DNA of 64,000 bases, from contig JAPLVC010000006.1 of assembly GCA_026397315.1 (NCBI GenBank), positions 1-64,000 on the forward strand. Reading direction: 5' to 3'. The stretch comes from Candidatus Aenigmatarchaeota archaeon (GTDB taxonomy: Archaea; Aenigmatarchaeota; Aenigmatarchaeia; QMZP01; QMZT01). The notes below the pieces were generated by a model. The model was given only the letters and a program-made list of their open reading frames with translations, did not search any database and was not told the DNA's origin. The translations under genes were made by a program, and so were the position numbers. Below, piece after piece: positions 20,367 to 29,558 of this stretch; positions within the stretch are counted from its first letter, which is position 1; every line of letters begins with the position of its first letter.

Positions 20367-21350
20367 ATGATTGAAGAAGTCGAGCGCATCCTTAGGATGA
20401 AGGGGAAAGCGATAGAGAAAGAGCTCGAGAAGGCAATCCCTAGAAAAGGGACGCCCAACCTGAATGACGCGGTCTGGTATCACATGGACTCCGGCGGCAA
20501 GCGCGTGCGCCCGGTGCTGGCGATTCTGACCTGCGAAGCTTTAGGCTGCGACACGAACAAGGTCATGCCCTTCGCTGCCGGGTGCGAACTGCTCCATAAC
20601 TGGCTGCTCGTGCATGATGACATAGAGGACGGTGACCATGTGCGCAGGGACAAGCCTGCATTATGGGTCAAATACGGCATATCCCATGGCATAAACGTGG
20701 GCGATTTCATGTCACTGAAAGTAGTAGAACTCATACTTAATTCATCACTGGACGACAAGACGAAGCTGGCGCTTTTTGGAGAGACTGCAGAAACGTGCGT
20801 AAAGACTGCCGAAGGCCAGACCATGGACATGAACCTGCGCGGCCAGCGGAACCCTAGCGAGAAAGACTACATGAAGATGATAGAACTAAAGACGGCCTGG
20901 TATCTCACGCTTCCCATGGTGGGCGGTGCCATAATTGCGGGTAGGACAGACCTCGTGCCCAAGATAAAGGAATTCGGCATGAAAGTCGGACCTGCGTTCC
21001 AGATAGCCGACGACCTGCTGGACCTGACGGAAGGCAAGGGGCGCGGCGAGATAGGCTCTGACATAAAAGAGGGGAAGCGCAGCATCATGGTTGTGCACTG
21101 TTCATCCAAATGCAGCTCAGGCGAGCGCAAGCGCATGTTCGAAATCCTTGACAAGCCGCGCGAAAAAACGACGAAAGAAGACATAGGATACGTGAAAGCG
21201 CTTTTCGAGAAATACGGCTCGCTTGATTATGCCAGGCAAAAGGCGCGCAGCCTGGTGGACGAGAGCGCGCAGACGACGTCTTCGATGCCAGCCGAGCTGC
21301 GCAGCATGCTGGACGACTTCGCGCGATACCTGATAGAAAGGAAAAAGTAG
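20367..21350 (+). CDS. Polyprenyl (geranylgeranyl) diphosphate synthase
   Basis: GGKRVRP, first Asp-rich motif HDDIED..RR, GQTMD, KTA, second motif FQIADDLLD. Confidence 0.9.
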   Translation: MIEEVERILRMKGKAIEKELEKAIPRKGTPNLNDAVWYHMDSGGKRVRPVLAILTCEALGCDTNKVMPFAAGCELLHNWLLVHDDIEDGDHVRRDKPALWVKYGISHGINVGDFMSLKVVELILNSSLDDKTKLALFGETAETCVKTAEGQTMDMNLRGQRNPSEKDYMKMIELKTAWYLTLPMVGGAIIAGRTDLVPKIKEFGMKVGPAFQIADDLLDLTEGKGRGEIGSDIKEGKRSIMVVHCSSKCSSGERKRMFEILDKPREKTTKEDIGYVKALFEKYGSLDYARQKARSLVDESAQTTSSMPAELRSMLDDFARYLIERKK

Positions 21351-21457
21351 GCGTCCGACGAAGCCAACCGGTGAGTTCCAAATTCTGCCGCGATGTTTTA
21401 CACTATAGAGAAAAACCTTTAATCATAAATATAAGGGAACTGCATCAAAATAATATT

Positions 21458-22186
21458 ATGCCAAGAAAGACTGATTCTGGTTCAAAGGTTCCTGTCAGTT
21501 CTGCTGAGAGGGTTTCAACAGGCATACACGGCCTCGACGAGCTCATCGAGGGTGGCTTCGTCAAAGGGGCGACTATACTCATAACCGGAGGAACAGGCAC
21601 TGGAAAAACGACGTTCTGCTGTCAGTTCATATACGAAGGCTTGAAAAATGGCGAGCCGGGCGTTTACATCACGCTTGAGGAGGACCCGGAAGACATAAAG
21701 GAAGACGTGAAGCGCTACGGCTTCGAGTTTGAGAAATACGAAAAGGAGGGCATATTCAAGTTCGTTTACCAGAACCCCTTCGAAGTTTCTGACATAGCAT
21801 CCACAGTCGTGAACGCCATAAATTCGATAAACGCCAAGCGAGTCGTCCTAGACCCGATCTCGCTGGTCGGCATGTACATGAAGGATCCTGCTGTCCTCAG
21901 AAAGCGCCTGTTCGATATCATAAGAATGCTCAAGAAGACAGGCGCAACGACAATCGTGACGTCCGAGATCCTGGACAACGAGATAGGCGAGCATGTCGGA
22001 GGCAGTCTTTCGAGAGATGGTGTTAGCGAATTTATCGCCGACGGCGTCATCGTTTTGAGCATATTCGGGATAGGCGAAGGTATCTCACGTTCCATCATTA
22101 TCAGAAAAATGAGAAGGACCAAGCATAGCACCGATACCAATCCCATGGAAATGGGGGGGAATGGCATAACCATAAGTAAACAATAA
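21458..22186 (+). CDS. KaiC-like / RAD55-family single-domain ATPase
   Basis: STGIHGLDELIEGG, Walker A GGTGTGKT, ITLEE, RVVLD, RKMRRTKH. Confidence 0.9.
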   Translation: MPRKTDSGSKVPVSSAERVSTGIHGLDELIEGGFVKGATILITGGTGTGKTTFCCQFIYEGLKNGEPGVYITLEEDPEDIKEDVKRYGFEFEKYEKEGIFKFVYQNPFEVSDIASTVVNAINSINAKRVVLDPISLVGMYMKDPAVLRKRLFDIIRMLKKTGATTIVTSEILDNEIGEHVGGSLSRDGVSEFIADGVIVLSIFGIGEGISRSIIIRKMRRTKHSTDTNPMEMGGNGITISKQ

Positions 22187-22199
22187 TGCTTATTTACGA

Positions 22200-23117
22200 T
22201 CAGGTCTTCTGTCCTATCCCATACGAGAAATACCCATATGGATCCAGATAGATTTCTTTTACCTCAAAGCCGGCTTGTTTCATCATTTTTTCAAGCTCTT
22301 CTGGTGTTCTGTTACGTAGTTTCCAACCGGCACTGTCTAAAAAGTTTTTCAGGGGGTGAGGCCCCATCGCGCACGTGTAAAATTTACCGCCCTCTTTGAG
22401 ATTTCTTAATGTACCATCGAAAATGTCCAGTGTTGTTTCGTCTGACAGTGGACATATCAATCCTATGGCCATTATCAGGTCAGTGCCTTTTCCGGTATCC
22501 CTCTTTATTGTATCTCTTTTCAGGGCAAATGCTATATTGCCATGTTTGTAAGCAATATGGTCACCAACACATGCCTCTTTCGCCAGCACACTACCTCTTT
22601 CCAAAGCCTCAGGATTTGTATCGATGCATGTGGCATGCGGTAACTGTTCAAAATGGCGGCCGTTACCACTTATAATCTTTGAGAATGCTTCAACTGTATA
22701 ATCACTGGGGCCAGAACCCAAGTCATGGATGTTCATTCCTTCTCGACCTTCAAAATCTTTGAATAATTTTATAAGTTGCTCCCTGACAATATGTTTTCTG
22801 GTGTGCACGGATCTGCACGAACTCATATTATAAATAAGCCTGTCCAGCGGTGTTCTAGGATTGTCCTCATAAAGCCGGTCAGTGAAGCAAAATCCGCCCT
22901 TTTGTCCCATCATCACTCTATAGAGATCGCTTAATTCCGTCATTTTGTCATGACCAAGGCTTTCGATGTATTTTATTACTTCTTTTTCTGAATCGAACTG
23001 GCCATAAGGTTTTTCACCAATCAAAGGTTTGACTGGCGCAAGATCAGTTACAGGATAACTTTTCTGTATTTTTAAACCAACAGGTTCTGCCGCTACTATT
23101 AAATTTCCATTTCTCAT
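22200..23117 (-). CDS. Class I SAM-dependent methyltransferase (YnbC/PhcB-like layout)
   Basis: 'DLGSGP' motif I, 'CIDTNPEAL', 'DLIMAIGL..PLSD', 'GWKL..RTPEEL'; N-terminal 'DRLYE..P...LD......RSVHTRK'. Confidence 0.75.
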   Translation of the reverse strand: MRNGNLIVAAEPVGLKIQKSYPVTDLAPVKPLIGEKPYGQFDSEKEVIKYIESLGHDKMTELSDLYRVMMGQKGGFCFTDRLYEDNPRTPLDRLIYNMSSCRSVHTRKHIVREQLIKLFKDFEGREGMNIHDLGSGPSDYTVEAFSKIISGNGRHFEQLPHATCIDTNPEALERGSVLAKEACVGDHIAYKHGNIAFALKRDTIKRDTGKGTDLIMAIGLICPLSDETTLDIFDGTLRNLKEGGKFYTCAMGPHPLKNFLDSAGWKLRNRTPEELEKMMKQAGFEVKEIYLDPYGYFSYGIGQKT

Positions 23118-23123
23118 ATCATA

Positions 23124-23666
23124 TCACCATTTAGATTCCCATTCACAATAAGGGTCTCCTTTGCATACACACTTGTTTTCTTTGAAAACGACATTTTTCA
23201 GTCCCAGTTCCGTTTCACCGTGTGCTGCATATACGCCTCTAAACCAAGAACATACCATTGATTTTTCACCGAACATTTTTCTGGCTTGGTCCGTTACAGG
23301 ATGATCTATTACGTGAAGTATTATGTGATGATGTCCGTCGCTTTTAACATCATTTTTCATGAATTTTAACATACCGAAACCTATGAAATCCAGGGTTGCG
23401 ATAACTGCATTCTGCGCTATCCAGCCGCTTCTGGGTTTCATACCCATTGAATTCAGCATCTCGAGCGCTATCTTATTACCCTGGTCGTAGCCTAGATCAT
23501 ACAAATACTTCTCTCCTTTCAATTCACCTAACTTTTGCAGAAGGTCACCAAAGACCCACGATGGTATTAGTGACCAATCCATCTTGTTGTATAACCGTAT
23601 TCTGCCTTTTTCGTTGGTGAATGCCCTGGCAATGAGCATTTTTTTCAAAATGGTCGACAATACCAT
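23124..23666 (-). CDS. V4R domain ligand-binding protein
   Basis: 'LYDLGYDQG', 'IGFG', 'VCSWFRG', 'ENKCVCKGDPYCEW'. Confidence 0.8.
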   Translation of the reverse strand: MVLSTILKKMLIARAFTNEKGRIRLYNKMDWSLIPSWVFGDLLQKLGELKGEKYLYDLGYDQGNKIALEMLNSMGMKPRSGWIAQNAVIATLDFIGFGMLKFMKNDVKSDGHHHIILHVIDHPVTDQARKMFGEKSMVCSWFRGVYAAHGETELGLKNVVFKENKCVCKGDPYCEWESKW

Positions 23667-23667
23667 G

Positions 23668-23919
23668 TCATTCCACTCTCATCAGTTCGTATATTGTTCT
23701 CAATCTCTCCATGTCATGAGGCCAGGCGATCAGCGCTTTGCCGATTCTTTTCGTCCTGACCTTCTCCAATCTTTCCAGCTCTTTTATATGGTAACTGATT
23801 TTCTTTATGTTGGCATTGTTTACTTCAAGGCCGAGATCTCTGACAAGCTCCTTTATGTGAACGGGCCAGTGATGTTCGACCAGCTCGAGGACACTCATCC
23901 TCAATTCCTTGCCTTTCAT
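23668..23919 (-). CDS. Winged-helix HTH transcriptional regulator
   Basis: 'PVHIKELVRDLG......ISYHIKELER..KV...RIGK'. Confidence 0.8.
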   Translation of the reverse strand: MKGKELRMSVLELVEHHWPVHIKELVRDLGLEVNNANIKKISYHIKELERLEKVRTKRIGKALIAWPHDMERLRTIYELMRVE

Positions 23920-23929
23920 ATTTTATTAT

Positions 23930-23966
23930 ATAAGTGAGAAATCTTTAAATAAATATTATCACTTAT
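23930..23966 (-). promoter_or_regulatory. TATA-like box flanked by 8-bp inverted repeat (ATAAGTGA-N21-TCACTTAT), candidate operator
   Basis: Half-sites at 23930-23937 and 23959-23966; TTTAAA about 30 nt upstream of the wHTH ATG. Confidence 0.4.
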
Positions 23967-24024
23967 GTGAAATAATTTATATCATTTTAACGATATTACT
24001 TCTGAAAATAGTTCTGATACAAAA

Positions 24025-25806
24025 TCAGGTATCATCCGAGTATAAACCTTCAAGGTATTGTCTCAATGCAATTCTTTTTATTTTTTTTGTAGGCGTTACG
24101 AAATCTCCAGGTATATCTCCATCAATTATATGTGTATTATTTCTTGTTATCATTTCCCATGTATTCAATTCTCTATTCGCTTCTTTAACGGCTTCAGACA
24201 TAGTTTCATCACTGACGCTAGAGTTCCCTTTGAAAACATAAATAACTGGCCTTGATTTACCATCTGCAGTAACGAAAATTTCATTACTTGGAAGATATTT
24301 ACCCAGTTCCGCTTCAATTCTTGGCGGAAACACATTTTCACCGCTTGAAAGCACTTCTTTTTCTTTCAATCTCGCATTGAAAAAAATTACCCCGTTTTTA
24401 TCCATGTTCGCCAAATCCCCCGTGTGCAACCACCCGTCTTTCAAAGCCTCCCGCGTCTCTTCTGGTTTATTTTTATAACCTCTCATAACGGTTGGTCCCC
24501 TGACCAGTATCTCACCATCTTCCGTTCTGCGTACTTCCAGTGGACCATATTTATTTCCACGCTCATCATAAAAGACGGAATCGAGAGGCCTGCCTATACT
24601 GCCATGGATTGTTCCCCGTGACTTGTTTACACCACGTGGCATGTTCACGCTTATCACAGGCCCATTTTCCGTCGTGCCATATCCTTCCGCGACTTCCAAG
24701 CCCCACGCTTCCATATCTTCGCTTATGTCTGGACGGAGCTGTGCGCCGCCTGAAACAAAAACTCTAACCTTTCCGCCCGTTTTTTTGCTTATTTCCCTGT
24801 AAACAACTTTTCTTGCGAGCCAGTCAAGCGGCGCTAGTGACGAGAATCCATTATCCTTTCTTTGACGATGATAAGCTTTGCTAATTTTAGTTGCATATTC
24901 AAAAGCTTTCTGTTCAACTCTCGGTTTGCCATTTACGATATCCATTATACCTTTATGCATTTTCTGGAAAAAGAGAGGTACAGCAGGAACTATGGTCGGC
25001 TTGGCAATTTTCATATCATTTTTCGCTGTCATTGGACTTGATATATAAACCGACGCTCCATTCACAAGAGTGAAATAAAGATCGTTTCTTTCAAAAGAAT
25101 GTTCCGGCGGCAGCAGGGAAAGCAAAACATCATTTTCGCTTATGCCTATCCTTTCGCCGCAGGCGAGCGCATTATAGGCCAGGCTTAAGTGGGGAAGAAT
25201 TACACCCTTTGATACTATGCCTTTTTCTGGATCCGACGTGGTACCAGAGGTGTATATTATTGTTGCCGGATCTTGCAGAGAAATCTGCCTTAAAAGTTCA
25301 TTGAATCTATTTCGTGAGCGTGGGTCACCTTTACCCAATTCCACAATATCGTTAAATGATAATATATTTTTTGCATGATCACTTTCACCATCGAGCGTTA
25401 TTATGTAGCCATTCCTCAATTCCGGCAGCGATTTTCTAATATCCATTACTTTCTGCAATTCTTTTCCTGAAACTACAATAGCCTTTGCTCCCGAATCATT
25501 CAGAACATATTCCACATATTTTACAGGTTGACCATTGTAAATCGGTACGTCCCTTCCCTTTATGGACATTATACTAAGACTTGACGTGGCCCACTCCCAA
25601 CCATGATTGCATAAAATTGCTATCTCGGAATCTTCAAGACCTAGATTCACAAGACCGGCAGAAACATTTTCGACTCTTTTACCTAATTCCCCATACGTAA
25701 AAGGCGAGTAGTCCGTGCCTGTTTTGCAGTAAATTGCAGGTTTTTCAGGTAATCTTCCTGATGTTTCAAAGAAAAGGCGCGGCACTGGTTTTATGATTCT
25801 TCCCAT
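24025..25806 (-). CDS. Long-chain fatty acyl-CoA synthetase-like AMP-dependent ligase
   Basis: IIYTSGTT...KGV, LPPEHSFE, SGGAQL, EGYGTTE, GWLHTGDL; start placed at MGRIIKP. Confidence 0.85.
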   Translation of the reverse strand: MGRIIKPVPRLFFETSGRLPEKPAIYCKTGTDYSPFTYGELGKRVENVSAGLVNLGLEDSEIAILCNHGWEWATSSLSIMSIKGRDVPIYNGQPVKYVEYVLNDSGAKAIVVSGKELQKVMDIRKSLPELRNGYIITLDGESDHAKNILSFNDIVELGKGDPRSRNRFNELLRQISLQDPATIIYTSGTTSDPEKGIVSKGVILPHLSLAYNALACGERIGISENDVLLSLLPPEHSFERNDLYFTLVNGASVYISSPMTAKNDMKIAKPTIVPAVPLFFQKMHKGIMDIVNGKPRVEQKAFEYATKISKAYHRQRKDNGFSSLAPLDWLARKVVYREISKKTGGKVRVFVSGGAQLRPDISEDMEAWGLEVAEGYGTTENGPVISVNMPRGVNKSRGTIHGSIGRPLDSVFYDERGNKYGPLEVRRTEDGEILVRGPTVMRGYKNKPEETREALKDGWLHTGDLANMDKNGVIFFNARLKEKEVLSSGENVFPPRIEAELGKYLPSNEIFVTADGKSRPVIYVFKGNSSVSDETMSEAVKEANRELNTWEMITRNNTHIIDGDIPGDFVTPTKKIKRIALRQYLEGLYSDDT

Positions 25807-25832
25807 ATTAATCACTTCATTATGCATGCACG

Positions 25833-26009
25833 CTATCGATTGTCGTGATGTGTATATGCCTCGGCCCACTTGGCGGCGCTCTTGCCCATCTCATCCTGCA
25901 TGTACTTCGTGAATTTTTTGTAACCTTCGTTGGCGGCTATTGTAAGGGCAGTGGCCAGAACTATTCCGACGCCCCACTTCAATGCGCTTTTCTTGAATTC
26001 CGGATTCAT
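25833..26009 (-). CDS. Small single-TM hypothetical protein
   Basis: MNPEFKKSALKWGVGIVLATALTIAA...; ATG just after the upstream gene's stop. Confidence 0.5.
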   Translation of the reverse strand: MNPEFKKSALKWGVGIVLATALTIAANEGYKKFTKYMQDEMGKSAAKWAEAYTHHDNR

Positions 26010-26013
26010 TTTC

Positions 26014-26403
26014 TCATCTTTTATGATAAACCTGACACCATTTTCTTTTGGTCCAGCCGCTAATCTCTTTTTCAAAATCGTTCCTGTTTTCATCATGTTT
26101 AAATTTAAATCTCAAACGGTCTCCTGCATGAGCACATTTTATCGGCGTTCTCGAAGCGAGCACAAGATTCACTGGAGCTTCTGTAGGAGACGGGAGCATC
26201 AAAGGAGGCATCTCAAAATAATCTCCCATCTGGCGATTTATATTTATTCTCAAAACTTGGACTCCGTTTCTATATTCAACTCCGGAAATACTGCCTTCAC
26301 CTTTGTATCTTCCATCAAAAATTGTATTTTCACAGGCCGCAGTACCAAGAATAGTTGCGGCAGCGAAACCGACTCTTAGGTAATTGCCAATTTTCATACC
26401 CAT
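26014..26403 (-). CDS. Putative lipoprotein
   Basis: Signal peptide ending in lipobox-like 'GTAA|C'. Confidence 0.55.
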   Translation of the reverse strand: MGMKIGNYLRVGFAAATILGTAACENTIFDGRYKGEGSISGVEYRNGVQVLRININRQMGDYFEMPPLMLPSPTEAPVNLVLASRTPIKCAHAGDRLRFKFKHDENRNDFEKEISGWTKRKWCQVYHKR

Positions 26404-26511
26404 CTATTTATTATTAAAAAGTGAAAACTTTATAAACATTCCTGGTAAGCATAGTGAAAAATGCATTTGCACATTTTTTGATTTTTATAACAGGGAACAG
26501 AATATATTATC

Positions 26512-27150
26512 ATGAAGCTTGGGACCATGGGGACTGGTAGAAAAGCTCAGACGGAAGCTGTGACTCTCGTTCTTGTTACCGGCATAATAATCGCGCTGGT
26601 CGGCTCGGCATACATGTGGGGCAAGCCCATGATAGACAAGCGGTCCGTAGTGACCCAGTTCGCGTCGGCAGTGAAGTTCATGGAAGATCTGGACGCGAAG
26701 ATAGTGAACATGGCCGGAACGTGTTCGTTCGAAGGCGCCTGCGAAGAGTCGCTCGACATTCCTGTTGCAGGCATTCTATACCTCGATGAGGCCAATAACG
26801 CCATAATATACACGATCACCGTCAACCAGCCCCTGATATTCGGGGATGGCGAAGTCCTGCTCAACACTGCGGATAATGGAACCGTCGCTAGGTATGGCGA
26901 GAAGCCCGGCGTCATAAGCCTGCGCGGCGAGAGAGCCGAGGGCTTATACAATCTCATATTCAGGCTGCGCTACCGCGAGCTCGACAGCCAGGAGCCATGG
27001 AAAGGTTACAAGATTGAGCTGAAAAAAGAGGGCAAGGACACGGGCTCGAGCAAAGTGCTCATTTCTTATGGCGGCCCATACACAGCGCAGGGAGGGGCTT
27101 ATAACAACGGGGATCTCGTGCTTTCGAGAATAAAAGTGCAGCCCATATGA
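26512..27150 (+). CDS. Type IV pilin-like protein
   Basis: Class III signal RKA|QTEAVTLVLVTGIII. Confidence 0.75.
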   Translation: MKLGTMGTGRKAQTEAVTLVLVTGIIIALVGSAYMWGKPMIDKRSVVTQFASAVKFMEDLDAKIVNMAGTCSFEGACEESLDIPVAGILYLDEANNAIIYTITVNQPLIFGDGEVLLNTADNGTVARYGEKPGVISLRGERAEGLYNLIFRLRYRELDSQEPWKGYKIELKKEGKDTGSSKVLISYGGPYTAQGGAYNNGDLVLSRIKVQPI

Positions 27151-27602
27151 AACGCGAGCCAGTTGTGCGACGGCGAAAAGGCCAGATGCTTGTTTTCGAA
27201 CAGGTCCTGATGTTCACCATCGGCGTCACCATCATGATAATGGCTTTCGCGTTGTTTACCATGTACCAGAACTATTATACTTCGTCGACTGCCAGCGACC
27301 AGATGACAGAGGTGAAGGAATACGTCCTGTCCAGCATCATAAAGGCGTGCGAGAACAGGGACGCCAACGTCACCATGATACTCACGATACCCAAGACCGT
27401 GAGCAACAGCTTCTACAAGATAAGCCTTTCCAACGCTGGTCTCAACGTCACGCTTGAACCGTCCAGCGGTTCTGGCGATTTCTCGCCGCTCTATGGCCTG
27501 AACGAGACCTTCGTATTCAGCGGCATGGCCATAAGCGACCTGGGCAAGGTGGTCGTATACAAGAACGGCAATCTCGTCTCGTTAGACAGAAGAGTGGTGT
27601 GA
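27147..27602 (+). CDS. Type IV pilin-like protein
   Basis: Class III signal RRKG|QMLVFEQVLMFTIG. Confidence 0.75.
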   Translation: MKREPVVRRRKGQMLVFEQVLMFTIGVTIMIMAFALFTMYQNYYTSSTASDQMTEVKEYVLSSIIKACENRDANVTMILTIPKTVSNSFYKISLSNAGLNVTLEPSSGSGDFSPLYGLNETFVFSGMAISDLGKVVVYKNGNLVSLDRRVV

Positions 27603-27672
27603 TGCGCCTTTTATTCTAATAAATATAAGAAACGGAGCCCAATTATTATACATTACGGGTTAGAGGGTTTCT

Positions 27673-29499
27673 ATGGCAGTCAGATTAAGGAAGATGCGCA
27701 TCCCTAAAGAAGCGACACAGGCGAGTTCTGACAAAAACGCTAAAGTCGAGAACGTCGAAGCGAGCGTTCAGACCAAGAAGATAATAAGGAAGCTGAAATA
27801 CGGCCTGCGCTCGCTCAGGGAATCTCGCCGCGCAGGCTATGGTCCTGGCGGCAGGGACAGCATGTTCTTTTTCGACCGCGAGCGCATCCCTTCGACGCCG
27901 ATAGTGACTGAAAAAATCATAGTCAAGGAAGCGCCCGGCATAGAGATGGAAATTTCTAAAGCCCCGGCGCCGCTCACGACTCCGCTTTCCAGCGAAGAGA
28001 AGGAGATGCTGCGCAGCATAAACATCTCATATCCGCTGATACCTGAGGCGCCGCAGAGGAACGAGAGAGTCTATGCGTACGCTAGGATAAGATGGGACAA
28101 CGAGCAAAATGAGCTCGTGTATTCCGTCGTCGAGCCCCAGATAAGCGACAGGGAAAGGGAGATAATAGAGTTCGTGAAAAAGGAGCTTGAGGAGCGTCTG
28201 GATATCGACTTCATGAAGCTGGGCGAGATACGCGCGAAAGAGCTGCTGACCGAGGAGATAAAGAGCATAATCCTGAGGATACGCGGCATGGACCCCGGCA
28301 AGAGCGACGTAATCCGCTACTACGTGCAGCGCGACATCATCGGCCTGGGCAGGATAGAGCCGCTCATGAGGGACAAGAACATCGAGGAAGTATCGTGCGA
28401 CGGCGAGAAGATTCCGCTTTACATCTACCACAGGAATCCGCTTTTCGGCTCGACCGTGACCAACACAGTTTTCGACGACGCTGACGATCTGGACACGTTC
28501 GTCATGAAGATGTCGCAGAAATGCGGCAAGTCGATTTCCGTCGCGGATCCCATGATAGAGGGTTCGCTGCCGGACGGTTCCAGAGTCCACGCTACGCTGG
28601 GAACGGACATAGCAAGGCGCGGCTCGAACTTCACGATACGCAAGTTCACCAAGACCCCGCTCACGCCTATACACATGCTGGAATACGGCACGCTCGACTC
28701 GACGCAGCTCGCATACCTTTGGCTCGCGATAGAGAACCGCAAGTCCATGCTCATCTCGGGCGGGACGGCATCGGGCAAGACGTCGCTTCTCAACGCGCTG
28801 TCGCTTTTCATCAGGCCCAGCATGAAAATCGTTTCCATAGAGGACACGCCCGAGCTGAGCCTTCCGCATCCTCACTGGGTGCCGGAAGTCGCTAGAACTC
28901 CGATATCCGAGGGTAAGAAGTCCGGCGAAGTCAGCCTTTTCGACCTGCTCAAGTCGTCGCTGAGGCAGAGACCGGACTACATAATAGTCGGCGAGGTGAG
29001 AGGCACGGAAGCGTACGTCCTGTTCCAGCAGATAGCGACCGGCCACGCGGGCATCGCGACAATCCATGCGGCGAACCTGCAGCAGCTCATAGACAGGCTC
29101 ACCACGCCGCCCATCAACCTGCCGTCGAGCCTTATACAGAATCTGGACATCATAGTGTTCATAATGCAGGTCAAGTCGCGCGATCGCTACGTGAGGAGAG
29201 TCAACCAGATTCTCGAGGTCACGGGAGTCAAGGGCGACAAACCCATGACAAGCGAGGTCTTCAAATGGAAGCCCATCGATGACAAGTTCGAGCTTTCCGA
29301 GAGGAGCACCATGCTGGAGCACATCGCCAGGTCGCTCGGCCTGACAGAAGTCACGCTCAAGGAAGAGATGCGCACCAGGAAGAGCATACTCGAGTGGATG
29401 TGGGAAAAGCGCATGTTCGACTACAGGGAAGTGTCTAAAATAATAACCGGCTACTATTCCAACCCTGAAAGGATAATCGGCCTCGTCGAGGGCATATGA
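27673..29499 (+). CDS. Type IV pilus assembly ATPase (FlaI/TadA/VirB11 family)
   Basis: FTIRKF, Walker A GGTASGKT, SIEDTPE, LRQRPDYIIVGEVRG, TGH..TIHA. Confidence 0.95.
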   Translation: MAVRLRKMRIPKEATQASSDKNAKVENVEASVQTKKIIRKLKYGLRSLRESRRAGYGPGGRDSMFFFDRERIPSTPIVTEKIIVKEAPGIEMEISKAPAPLTTPLSSEEKEMLRSINISYPLIPEAPQRNERVYAYARIRWDNEQNELVYSVVEPQISDREREIIEFVKKELEERLDIDFMKLGEIRAKELLTEEIKSIILRIRGMDPGKSDVIRYYVQRDIIGLGRIEPLMRDKNIEEVSCDGEKIPLYIYHRNPLFGSTVTNTVFDDADDLDTFVMKMSQKCGKSISVADPMIEGSLPDGSRVHATLGTDIARRGSNFTIRKFTKTPLTPIHMLEYGTLDSTQLAYLWLAIENRKSMLISGGTASGKTSLLNALSLFIRPSMKIVSIEDTPELSLPHPHWVPEVARTPISEGKKSGEVSLFDLLKSSLRQRPDYIIVGEVRGTEAYVLFQQIATGHAGIATIHAANLQQLIDRLTTPPINLPSSLIQNLDIIVFIMQVKSRDRYVRRVNQILEVTGVKGDKPMTSEVFKWKPIDDKFELSERSTMLEHIARSLGLTEVTLKEEMRTRKSILEWMWEKRMFDYREVSKIITGYYSNPERIIGLVEGI

Positions 29500-29558
29500 G
29501 GTGTGACTAAGGCCGCGGAGTTCTGCGACATCCAGACCTGCCTTGGCAAGGAAAATTT

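Noticed and set aside
28027-29322. 431-aa antisense ORF, and similar shadow ORFs (44997-45818, 62939-63667, 55243-56013)
   Set aside because: They overlap well-supported genes, lack recognisable motifs, and are typical of GC3-rich coding sequence
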